A stretch of DNA of 64,000 nt from assembly GCF_009914755.1 (NCBI RefSeq), contig NC_060946.1; one strand, 5' to 3'. Below the pieces are notes generated by a model. The model did not search any database. It was not told the DNA's origin and was given only the letters and a program-made list of their open reading frames with translations. Shown piece after piece: positions 52,101-64,000 of this stretch; the first letter of the stretch is position 1; each line of letters opens with the position of its first letter. The DNA is from the human T2T-CHM13v2.0 reference genome, Homo sapiens. The position numbers and the translations under genes were made by a program.

Positions 52101-55100
52101 TTCTTTTGATTTGGCAGTTTTCAAACACTGTTCTTGTAGAATCTGCAAGTCGGTATTTGCAGGGTTTTGAGGCTTACCACGGAAAAGCAAATAGCTTCAC
52201 ATAAAAAATACACAGAACCATTCTGAAAAACTTCTTTGTGATGTGTGCATTCATCTCACAGGGTTGAACCTATCTTATGATTGAGCAGTTTTGAAACATT
52301 GTCTTTCTAGAATCTGCAAGTGGATATTTGGAGCGCTTTGAGGCTTACTGTGGAAAAGGAAATATCTTCACATAAATACTACACAGAAACATTCTGAGAA
52401 GCGCATTATTGATGTGTGTATTCAACTCACAGTGTTGAACCTCTCTTTTCATCGAGCAGTTTTGAATCTGTCTTTTTGTAGAATCTGCAAGTGGACATTT
52501 GGAGCCCTTTCTGACATATGGAGGAAAAGGAAATATCTTCCAATAAAAACTACACAGAAGCATTCTCAGAAACTTCTGTGTGATGTGTACATTCATCTCA
52601 GAGAGTTGAAACTTTCTTTTGATTGAGCAGTTTTTAAACACTCTTTTTTTAGAAATTGCAAGTGGATATTTGGAGCGCTTTGAAGCATATTATGGTAAAG
52701 GAAATATCTTCACATAAAAACTACACAGAAGCATTCTGAGAAACTTCTTTGTGATGTGTGCATTCAACCCACAGAGTTGAACCCGTCTTTTGATTGAGCA
52801 GTTTTGAATCTCACTTTTTGTAGAATGTGCAAATGGATATTTGGAGCCCTTTGCGGTATATGGTAGAAAAGGAAATATCTTCACATAACAACTACTCAGA
52901 AGTATTCTGATAAACTTCTTTGTGATGAGTGCATTGAACTCATAGAGTTGAACATATCTTTTTACTGAGCAGTTTTGAATCTCTCTTTTGTAGAATCTTC
53001 AAGTGGATATTTGGAGCTCTTTAAGGCCTACGTTGGAAAAGGAAATATCTTCAAATATAAACTACACAGAATCATTCTGAGAAAATTCTTTGTGATGTAT
53101 GCATTCATCTCACAGAATTGAAACTTTATTTTGATTGGACAGTTTTGAAACACTCTTTTTGTAGAATCTACACGTGGATATTTTGAGCACTTTGAGGCCT
53201 ATAGTGGAAAAGGAAACATCTTCACATAAAAACTACACGAAAGCATTCTGAGAAACATCTTTGTGATGTGTGCATTCAACTCACATTGTTGAACCAATCT
53301 TTTGATTGAGCAGTTTTGAATCTCTCCTTTTGTAGAATCTGCAAGTGGATAATTGGAGCCCTTTGCCACCTACAGAGGAAAAGGAAATATCTTCAAATAA
53401 AAACTACACACATGCATTTTGAGAAACTTCTTTTTGAAGTGTACATACAACTCACAGAGTTGAAACTATCTTCTGATTGAGCAGTTTTGAATCTCTCAAT
53501 ATTTTTTTTTTTTGTAGAATATTCAAGTGGATATTTGGAGTCCTTTGTGACCTATGGAGGAAAAGGAAATATCTCCCAATAAAAACTACACAGAACCATT
53601 CTCAGAAACTTCTTTGTGATGTGTGCATTAATCTCACAGAGTTGAAACTTTCTTTTGATTGAGCAGTTTTCAAACTCACTTTTTATAGAAACTGCAAGTG
53701 GATATTCAGAGCGTATTGAGGCCTATTGTCGAAAAGGAAATATCTTCACATAAAAATTACACAGAAGCATTCTGAGAAACTTCTTTGTGATGTGTGCATA
53801 AGTCTCACAGAGTTGAAGCTATCTTATGATTGAGCAGTTTTGAAACACTCCCTTTGTAGAATCTGCAAGTGGATACTTGTGGCGCTTTGAAGTCTATTGT
53901 GGCACAGAAATATCTTCCAGTAAAAACTACCAGAAACATTCTGAGAAACTTCTTTGTGATGTGTGCATTCATTTCACAGAGTTGAACCTTTCTTTTCATT
54001 GAGCTGTTTTGAAACACTGTTTTTGTAGTATCCGCAAGCGGATATGTGGAGCGATTTGAGGCCTTCTGTGGAAAAGCAATTATTTTCATGTTAAAGATAC
54101 ACAGAAGCATTCTGAGAAACTTCTTTGTGATGTGTGCATTCATCTCACGGAGTTGAACCTACGTTATGATTAAGCAGTTTTCAAAAACTCTTTTTGTAGA
54201 ATCTGCAAGTGGATATTTGGAGCGCTTTGAGGCATATTGTGGAAAAGGAAATATATTCACATAAAAACTACACAGAAGCATTCTGAGTAACTTCTTTGTG
54301 ATTAGTGCATTCATCACACAGAGCTGAACCTTTCTTTTGATTGAGCAGTTTTGAATCTCTCTCTTTGTAGAATCTGCAAGTGGATACTTGGATTGCTATC
54401 TGGCCCGTTGTGGAAAAGGAAATGTCTTCACATGAAAACTACACAGAAGGATTCTGACAAACTTCTTTGTGATGTGTGCATTCATCTAACAGATTTCAAC
54501 CATTATTTTGATTCAGCAGTTTTGAAACACTATTTTTGGAGTATCTGCAAGTGGGTATTTGGAGGGCTTTGAGGCCTCCTGTGGAAAAGCAAATATCTTC
54601 ACATAAAAACTACACCGAAGCATTCTGAGAAACTTCCTTGCGATGTGTGCATTCATCACATAGAATTGAAACTTTCTGTTGATTGAGCAGTTTTTAAACA
54701 CACTTTTTGTAGAATATGCAAGTGGATATTTGCAGTGCTTTGATTCCTATTGTGGAAAAGGAAATATCTTCACATAAACACTACACAGAAACATTCAGAG
54801 AAAGTATTTTGTGACGTGTGCATTAAAATCACAGAGTTGATATTATTTTTTGATTGAGCAGTTTTGAATCTCTCTTTTTGTAGAATCAGCAATTGGATAT
54901 TTGGAGCCCTTTGCATCCTATGGAGGGAAAGGAAATATCTTCACCTGAAAACTACACAGAAGCATTCTGAGAAACTTCTTTGTGATGTGTGCATTCATCT
55001 CACAGAGTTGAACCTAAAGTATAATTCAGCAGTTCTAAAACACTGTTTTTGTAGAATCTGCAAGGGGATATTTGGAGCGCTTTGAGGCCTACTGTGGAAA

Positions 55101-58100
55101 ATCAAATATCTTCACATAAAAACTACACAGAATCATTCTGAGAAACTTCGTTGGGCTGTGTGCATTCATCTCACAGAGTTGAACCTATCTTATGATTGAG
55201 CAGTTTTGAAAAACTCTCTTTGTAAAATCTGCAAGTGTATACTTGGAGCGCTTGGAGGCCTATTGTGGCAAAGAAATATCTTCACATAGAAATTACACAG
55301 AAGCATTCATAGAAACTTCTTTGTGGTGTGTGCATTCATCTCACAGAGTTGAAACTTTCTTTTCATTGAGCACTTTTGAAACCCTGTTTTTGTAGTATCT
55401 GCAATGGAAATTTGGAGCGCTTTGAGCCCTACTGTGGAAAAGCAAATATCTTCACATAAAAACTACACAGAAGCATTCTGAGATACTTCTTTGTGATGTC
55501 TGCATTCATCTCACAGAGTTGAAACTTTCTTTTGAATGAGCAGTTTTGTAACACTCTTTTTGTATAATATGAAAGTGGATATTTGCCGTGCTTTGAGTCC
55601 TATTGTTGAAAAGGAAATATCTTAACAAAAAAAATACACAGAAGCATCCTGAGAAACTACTTTGTGATGTGTGCATTCAACTCACAGAGTTGAACCAATC
55701 TTTTGATTGTGAAGTTTTTAATCTCTCTTCTTGTAGAATCTGGAAGTGGATATTTGGAGCCCTTTGTGGCCTATGGACGATAAGGAAATATCTTCTAGTA
55801 AACACTACAGAGACGCATACTGAGAAACTTCTTCGTGATGTGTGCCTTCATATCACAGAGTTGAATCTATCTTATGATTGAGCAGATTTGAAACATTTGA
55901 TTTGTAGAATCTGCAAGTGGATATTTGGAGTGCTTTGAGTCCTCCTGTGGAAAAGCAAATATCTTCACATTAAAATTATACGGAAGTATTCTGAGAAACT
56001 TCTTCGTGATATGCGCATTCATCTCACAGAGTTGAAACTTTCTTTTGATTGGACAGTTTTGAAACACTGTTTTCGTAAAACCTACAAGTGGATATTGGAG
56101 CACTTTGAGGCCTACCATGGAAAAGCAAATATCTTCACATAAAAACTACACAGAAGCATTCTGAGTAATTGCTTTGTGATGTGTGCATTCATCTCCTGGA
56201 GTTGAACCTTTCCATTGAACGAGCAGTTTTGCAATACTCTTTTTGTAGAATCTGCAAGTGGATATTTGGAAAGCTTTGAGGTCTATTGTGGAAAACGAAA
56301 TATCTACACATAAAAACTACACAGAAGCATTCTGAGAAACTACTTTGTGATATGTGCATTAGACTCACAGAGGTGAACTTATCTTTTGATTGAGCAGTTT
56401 TGAATCTCTCTTTTTGTAGAAGCTGTAAGTAGATATTTGGAGCCCTTTGGGGCCCATGGAGGAAAAGGAAATATCTTCAAATAAAAGCTACACACAAGCA
56501 TTCTGAGAAACTTCTTTGTGATGTGTGCATTCATCTCACAGAGTTGAACCTATCTTATGATTCAGCAGTTTTGAAACACTGTTTTTGTTGAATCTGCAAG
56601 TGGATATTTGGAGCGCTTTAAGGCCATCTGTGGAAAAGCAAGTATCGTCGGATAAAAACTACACAGAATCCTTCTGATAAATATCTTTGTGATGTGTGCA
56701 CTCATCTCACAGAGTTGAACCTATCTTATGATTGATCAGTTTTGAAACATTCTTTCTGTAGAATCTGCAAGTGGATTATTGAAGTGCTTTCAAGTCTATT
56801 GTGGAAAAGGAAATATCTTAACATAAAAACTACACAGAAGCATTCTGAGAAACTTCTTTGGGATGTGTGCATTCATCTCACAGAATTGAGTGTATCTTAT
56901 GATTTAGCAGTTTTGAAACACTCTCTTTGTAGAATCTGCAAGTGGATATTTGGAGCGTTTTGAGGCTTTTTGTGGAAAAGGAAATATCTTCACATAAAAA
57001 CTACACAGAATCATTCTGAGAAACTTCTTTGTGATGAGTGCGTTCATCTCACAGATTTCAACATACCTTCTGATTGAGCAGTTTTGAATCTCTCTTTCTG
57101 TAAAATCTGCAAGTGGATATTTTGAGCCCTTTGTGGCCTATGGTGGAAAAGGAAATATCTTCACATAAAAACTTCACAGAAGCATTTTGAGAAACTTCTT
57201 TGGTTGTGTGCATTCAACTCAAAGTGTTGAAATTATGTTTTGCTTGAGCAGTTTTGCATCTCTCTTTTTGTAGAATCTGCAATTGGATATTTGGAGCCCT
57301 TGCGGCATATGGAGAAAAAGGAAATATCTTCAAATAAAAACTACACAGAAGCATTCTGAGAAAATTCTTTGTGTTGTGTGCATTCATCTCATAGATTTGA
57401 AACTATCTTATGATTGAGCAGTTTTGAAACTCTGTAAAATCTGAAAGTGGATAACTGGAGGGCTTTCAGGCCTTTTGTGAAAAAGGAAATATTTTCACAT
57501 AAAAACTACACAGAAGAATCCTGTGAAACTTCTTTGTGATGTGTGCATTCATCTCACAGAGTTGCACGTTTCTTTTGATTGTGCACATTTGAAACACTGT
57601 TTTTGTAGAATCTGCAAGTGGATATTTGGAGCCCTTTGTGGCCTATAGTGGAAAAGGAAATATCTTCAAATAGAAACTACACAGAAACATTTTGAGAAAC
57701 TTCTGTGTGAAGTGTGCATTCATCTCACAGAGTTGAACTTTTGTTTTGATTGAGAAGTTTTGAAACATTCTTTTTGTAGAATCTGCAAGTGGATATTTGG
57801 AGTGCTTTGAGGCCTATTGTGGAAAATGAAATATCTTCACATAAAAACTACACAGAAGCATTCTGAGAAACTTCTTTGTGATGTGTGCATTCAACTCGCA
57901 GAGTTGAACCTATCTTTTGATTGAGCAGTTTTGAATCTCTGTTTTTCTAGAATCTGCAAGTGGATATTTGGAGCCCGTTGTGGCCTATGGACGATAAGGA
58001 AATATCTTCTACTAAACACTACAGAGACCCATACTGAGAAACTTCTTCGTGATATGTGCCTTCATATCAGAGATTTGAACCTATCTTATGACTGAGCAGA

Positions 58101-61100
58101 TTTGAAACACTTGCTTTGTAGAATCTGCAAGTGGATATTTGGAGCGCTTTGAGGCCGCCTGTGGAAAAGCAAATATCTTCACATTAAAATTATATGGAAG
58201 TATTCTGAGAAACTTCTTCATGAGGTGTGCATTCATCTCACAGAGTTGAAACTTTCTTTTGATTGGACAGTTTTGAAACACTGTTTTCGTAAAACCTACA
58301 AGTGGATATTAGAGCACTTTGAGGCCTACTGTGGAAAAGCAAATATCTTCACATAAAAACTACACAGAAGCATTCTGACTAATTTCTTTGTGATGTGTGC
58401 ATTCATCTCACAGAGTTGAACATTTCCCTTGAATGAGCAGTTTTGAAACCTTTTTTTGTAGAATCTGCAAGTGGATATTTGGAAAGCTTTGAGGTCTATT
58501 GTGGAAAACGAAGTATCTACACATAAAAACTACACAGAAGCATTCTGAGAAACTACTTTGTGATGTGTGCATTAGACTCACAGAGGTGAACTTGTCTTTT
58601 GATTGAGCAGTTTTGAATCTCTCTTTTTGTAGAAGCTGCAAGTGGATATTTGGAGCCCTTTGCAGCCCATGGAGGAAAAGGAAATACCTTCAATTAAAAA
58701 CTGCACAGAAGCATTCTGAGAAACTTCTTTGTGATGTGTGCATTCATCTCACAGAGTTGAACCTATCTTATGATTCAGCAGTTTTGAAACACTGTTTTTG
58801 TTGAATCTGCAAGTGGATATTTGGAGTGCTTTGAGGCCATCTGTGGAAAAGCAAGTATCGTCGGATAAAAACTACACAGAATCCTTCTGATAAATATCTT
58901 TGTGATGTGTGCATTCATCTCACAGAGTTGAACCTATCTTATGATTGATCAGTCTTGAAACATTCTTTTTGTAGAATCTGCAAGTGGATAATTGGAGCAC
59001 TTTCAAGCCTATTGTGGAAAAGGAAATATCTTAACATAAAAACTACACAGAAGCATTCTGAGAAACTTCTTTGGGATGTGTGCATTCATCTCACGGAATT
59101 GAGCCTATCTTATGATTTAGCACTTTTGAAACACTCTCTTTGTAGAATCTGCAAGTGGATATTTGGAGCATTTTGAGGCTTTTTGGGGAAAAGGAAATAC
59201 CTTCACATAAAAACTACACAGAAGCATACTGAGAAACTTCTTTGTGATGAGTGCATTCGTCTCACAGATTTCAACATACCTTCTGATTGAGCAGTTTTGA
59301 ATCTCTCTTTCTGTAAAATCTGCAAGTGGATATTTTGAGCCCTTTGTGGCCTATGGTGGAAAAGGAAATATCTTCACATAGAAACTTCACAGAAGCTTTC
59401 TGAGAAACTTCTTTGGTTGTGTGCATTCAACTCAAAGTGTTGAAATTATGTTTTGCTTGAGCAGTTCTGCATCTCTCTTTTTGTAGAATCTGCAATTGGA
59501 TATTTGGAGCCCTTTGTGGCGTATGGAGAAAAAGGAAATATCTTCAAATAAAAACTACACGAAGCATTCTGAGAAACCTCTTTGCGATGTGTGCTTTCAT
59601 CTCACAGATTTGAGCTTATGATAGAGAAGTTTTGAAACACTCACTTTTTAGAAGCTGTAAGTGGATAATTGGAGTGCTTTAAGGCCTAATGTGGATAAGG
59701 AAATATCTTCACATGAAAACTACACAGAACCATTCTGAGAAACTTCTTTGTGATGTGTACATTCATCTCACAGAGGTAAACCTGTCTTTTGATTGCGCAG
59801 TTTTGACTCTACCTTTTGGTAGATTGTGCAACTGAATATTTGGAGACTTTTGCACCCTATGGAGGAAAAGGAAATATCTTCAAATAAAAACTTCGCAGAA
59901 GCATTCTGAGAAACTTCTTTGTGATGAGTGCATTCATCAGACGGAGTTGAACACTTCTTTTGATGAAGCAGTTTCAAAACAGTCTTGTTGAAGAATCTGC
60001 AAGTGCATATTTGGAGCACTTTGGGGTCTACTTTGGAATAGCAAATATCTTCGCATAAAAAATACACAGAAGCCTTCTCAGAAACTTCTTAGTGATGTGG
60101 GCATTCATCTCACAGAGTTGAACTTTTCTTTTGATAGAGCAGTTTTGAAAAACTCTTTTTGTAGAATCTGCAAGTGAATATATGGAGCGCTTTCATGCCT
60201 ATTGTGGAAAAGGAAATATCTTCACATAAAAACTATGCAAAAGCATTCTGAGAAAGTTCTGTGTGATGTGTGCATTCATCTTATGGAGTTGAACCTATCC
60301 TTTGATTGAGCAGTTTTGAATCTCTCTGTTTCTAGAATCTGCAAGTGGATATCTGGAGCCCTTTGCAGCCTAGGGTGGAAAAGGAAATATCTTCAAATAA
60401 AAACTACACAGAAGCATTCTGAGAAACTTGTTTGTGATGTATGCATTCATTTCACAGAATTGATCCTATCTTATGACTGAGCAGTTTTGAAACACTCTTT
60501 TTGTTGAATCTGCAAGTGGATATTTGGAGCACTTTGAAGCCCATTGTATAAAGGGAAATATCTTCACATAAAAACTACACAGAAGCATTCTGAGAAACTT
60601 CTTTGTGATGTGTGCATTCATCTCACAGAGTTGAACCTATCTTATGATTTAGCAGTTTGGAAACACTCTCTTTGTAGAATCTGCAACTGGATATTTGGAG
60701 CATTTTGAGGCCAACTGTGGAAAAGCAAATATCTTCACATAAAAACTACAAAGAAGCATTCTGATAATCTTCTTTGTGATGTGTGCATTCATCTCACAGA
60801 GTTGAACCTTTCTTTTGATTGAGCAATTTTGCAACACACTTTTTGTAGAATCTACAAGTGGATATGTGGAGGCCTTTGAGGTCTCCTGTGTAAAAGGAAA
60901 TATCTTCACATAAGAACTACACAGACGCATTCTGAGAAACGTCTTTGTGATGTGTGCATTCAACTCACAGAGTTGAACCTGTTTTTTGATTGAGGAGTTT
61001 TGAATTTCTCTTTTTGCAGAATCTGCAAGTGGATATTTGGAGCCCTTTGCTGCCTATTTTGGAAAAGGAAATATCTTCAAATAAAAACTACACAGAAACA

Positions 61101-64000
61101 TTCTGAGAAACATCTTTGTTATGTCAGCATTCATCTCACAGAGTTGAATCTATCTTATGATTGAGCAGTTTTTTGAAACTCTGTTTTTGTAGAATCAGCA
61201 AATGGATATTTTGAGTGCTTTGTGGCCCATTGTGGAAAAGGAAATATCTTCACATAAAAACTACACAGAAGCATTCTGAGAAACTCCTTTGTGATGTGTA
61301 CATTCATCTCAAATAGTTGAACATTTCTTTCAATTTAGCAGTTATGAAACACTGTTTTTGTAGAATCTGCAAGTGGATATTTGGAGCACTTTGAGGCCTA
61401 TTGTGGAAAAACCAGTATCTTCATATAAAAACTACACAGAAGCATTCTGAGAAACTGCTTTGTGATGTGTGAAGTCATCTCCTAGAATTTAACCTTTCTT
61501 TTGCTTGAACAGCTTTGGAACACTCTTTTTGTAGGATCTGCAAGTGGATATTTGCGGTGCTTTGAGGACTATTTAGGAAAAGAAAATGTCTTCACATAAA
61601 AACTACACAGAAGCATCCTGAGAAACTTCTAGGTGATGTTTGCATTCATCTCACAGAGTTGAACCTTTCTTTTGACTGAGCAGTTTGGAAACACTCTTTT
61701 TGTAGAATCTGCTAGTGGATATTTAGAGAGTTTGGGGCCTATAGTGGAAAAGGTAATATCTTCCAAAGAAAACTACACAGAAGCATTCTGAGAAAATTCT
61801 TCGTGCTGTGTGCATTCAACTAGGAGAGTTGAACCTATCTTTCGATTGTGCAGTTTTCAATCTCTCTTATTGTAGAATCTGCAAGGGGATATTTGGAGCC
61901 CTTTGCAGCCTGTGGTGGAAAAGGAAATAATTTCACATAAAAACTGCACAGAAAAATTCTGAGAAACTTCTTTGTGATGTGTGCATTCATTTCACAGAGT
62001 TGAATGTTTATTTTGATTGAGCGGTTTTGAAACACTGCTTTTGAAGAATCTGCAAGTGGATATTTGGAGCAGTTTGAGGGCTACTGTGGAAAAGCAATAT
62101 CTTCACATGAAAACTACACAGAAGCATTCTGAGAAACTTCTTTGTGATGTGTGCATTCATCTCACAGAGTTGAACCTTTCTTTTGATGGAGCAGTTTTGA
62201 ATCTCTCTTTTTGTAGAATCTGCAGGTGGATATTTTGAGCCCTTTGCAGCCTATGCAGGAAAAGGAAATATCTAAAAATAAAAACAACACAGATGCATTC
62301 TGAGAAACTTCTTTGTTATGTGTGCATTCATCTCACTGTGTGGAACCTATCTTATGATTGAGCAGTTTTGAAACACTCTCTTTGTAGAATCTGCAAGTGG
62401 ATATTTGGAGCACTTTGAGGCCTATTGTGGAAAAGGAAATATCTTCATATAAAAACTACACAGAAGCATTCTCAGAAACTTCTTTGTGATGTGTGCATTC
62501 ATCTCACAGAGTTGAATTTTTATTTGATTGAGCACTTTTGAAACATTGTTTTTGTAGAATCTGCAACTGGATATTTGCAGTGTTTTGAGGCCTACTGCAG
62601 AAAAGCAAATATCTTCAAATAAAAACTACACAGAGGCATTCTGAGGAACTTCTTTGTGATAGGCGCATTAATCTCAAAGAGTTGAACCTTTCTTTTGATT
62701 GAGAAGTTTTGAAACGCTCTTTTTGTAGTATCTGCAAGGGGATATTTGGAGTGCTTTGAGGCCTATTGTGGAAAAGTAAATATCTTCACATAAAAAATAC
62801 ACAGAAGCATTTTGAGAAACTACTTTGTGATGTGTGCATTCAACTCATAAGGTTGAACGTATCTTTAGATTGGGCAGTTTTGAATATCTCTGTTTGTGGA
62901 ATCTGCAAGTGGATATATGTAGCCCTTTGCAGCCTATGGAGGAAAAGGAAATATCTTCAAATAAAAACTGCACAGACACATTCTGAGAAACTTCTTCGTG
63001 ATGTGTGCATTCAACTCACAGAGTTGAATCTTTCTTTGGTTGAGTAGTTTTGAAATACTCTTTTTGTAGGATGTGCAAGTGGGTATTTTGAGGGCTTTGA
63101 AACCTATTGTGGAAAAGGATATATCTTCATATAAAAATTACACAGAAGCATTCTGAGACACATCTTTATGATATGTGCATTCAACTCACATAGTTAAATC
63201 TATCTTTTGATTGAGCAGTTTTGAATCTCTCTTTTTGTAGAATCTGCAAGTGGATATTAGGAGCCCTTTGTGGCCCTTGTGATAAAGGAAATATCTTCAC
63301 AAAAAAACTACACAGAAGCATTCTGAGAAACTACTTTGTGATGAGTCCATTCACCACACAGAGTTGAAAATTTCTTTGACTGAACAGTTATGAAACACAC
63401 TTTTTGTACAGTCTGCAAGTGGATATCTGGAGGGCTTTGAGGCCTATTTTGGAACAGGAATTATCTTCCCATAAAAACTACACAGAAGCATTCTGAGAAA
63501 CTTCTTTGTGATGTGTGCATTCATCTCACAGAGATGAACCTAGTTTTTCATTAAGCGGTTTTGAAACACTGTTTTTGTGAATCTCTAAGTTGATATTTGG
63601 AGCACTTTGAGGCCGACATTGGAAAAGTAAATATCTTCACATAAAAACTACACATAAACATTCTGAGAAACTTCTTTGTGATGTGGGCATTCATCTCACA
63701 GAGTTGAACCTTTCTTTTGATTGAGAAGTTTTTAATCTCTCTTTCTGTAGAATCTGCAAGGGGATATTTGGAGGGCTTTGAGGCCTGTTGTGGAAAAGTA
63801 AATATCTTCACATAAAAACTAAACAGAAACATTCTGAGAAACTTCTTTGTGATGTATGCATTCATCTCACAGAATTGAACTCTTCTTTTGATTGAGCAGT
63901 TTGGAAACACGCTTTTTCTAGAATCTGTAAGTGGATATTTGGAGCTCCTTGAGGCCTATTTTGGAAAAGGATATATCTTCACATAAAAACTACACAGAAG
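49177..64000 (+). repeat. Alpha satellite; layer Y to ~51.25 kb, then layer X
   Basis: From ~51270 monomers switch to CTACACAG / GGATATTT / AACCTATCTTATG variants, the reverse complement of the pattern in 1-18200. Confidence 0.97.

Noticed and set aside
53025-53045. CTACGTTGGAAAAGGA resembling a CENP-B box
   Set aside because: It lacks both the TTCG and CGGG cores. CTTCGTTGGG at ~55146 is in the wrong monomer position and also lacks CGGG.

Overview
This window is primate (hominoid, probably human) pericentromeric DNA. It consists of divergent, non-HOR alpha satellite (~171-bp monomers, no CENP-B box seen) interrupted by five L1PA retrotransposon insertions. One L1 is full length (~6.15 kb, L1PA3/4-like, retaining the 129-bp ZNF93-site segment), two are 5'-inverted twin-priming products and two are 5'-truncated. 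All are coding-dead. There are no genuine protein-coding genes, RNA genes or CRISPR arrays; every ORF in the track is either an L1 remnant or an artefact of the satellite. The most notable structure is architectural: the satellite switches strand at ~27,315, and three monomer layers lie as a mirror image around that point (X-Y-Z | Z-Y-X). Three of the five L1s hit the same position of the monomer. Several in-register multi-monomer duplications (3, 6, 9, 13, 14, 18-mer offsets and larger) are visible. I see no evidence of a novel gene system; the findings concern centromere evolution and L1 insertion mechanics. All alignments were done by eye. Satellite strand is given relative to the conventional CATTCTGAGAAACTTCTTTGTGATG orientation.
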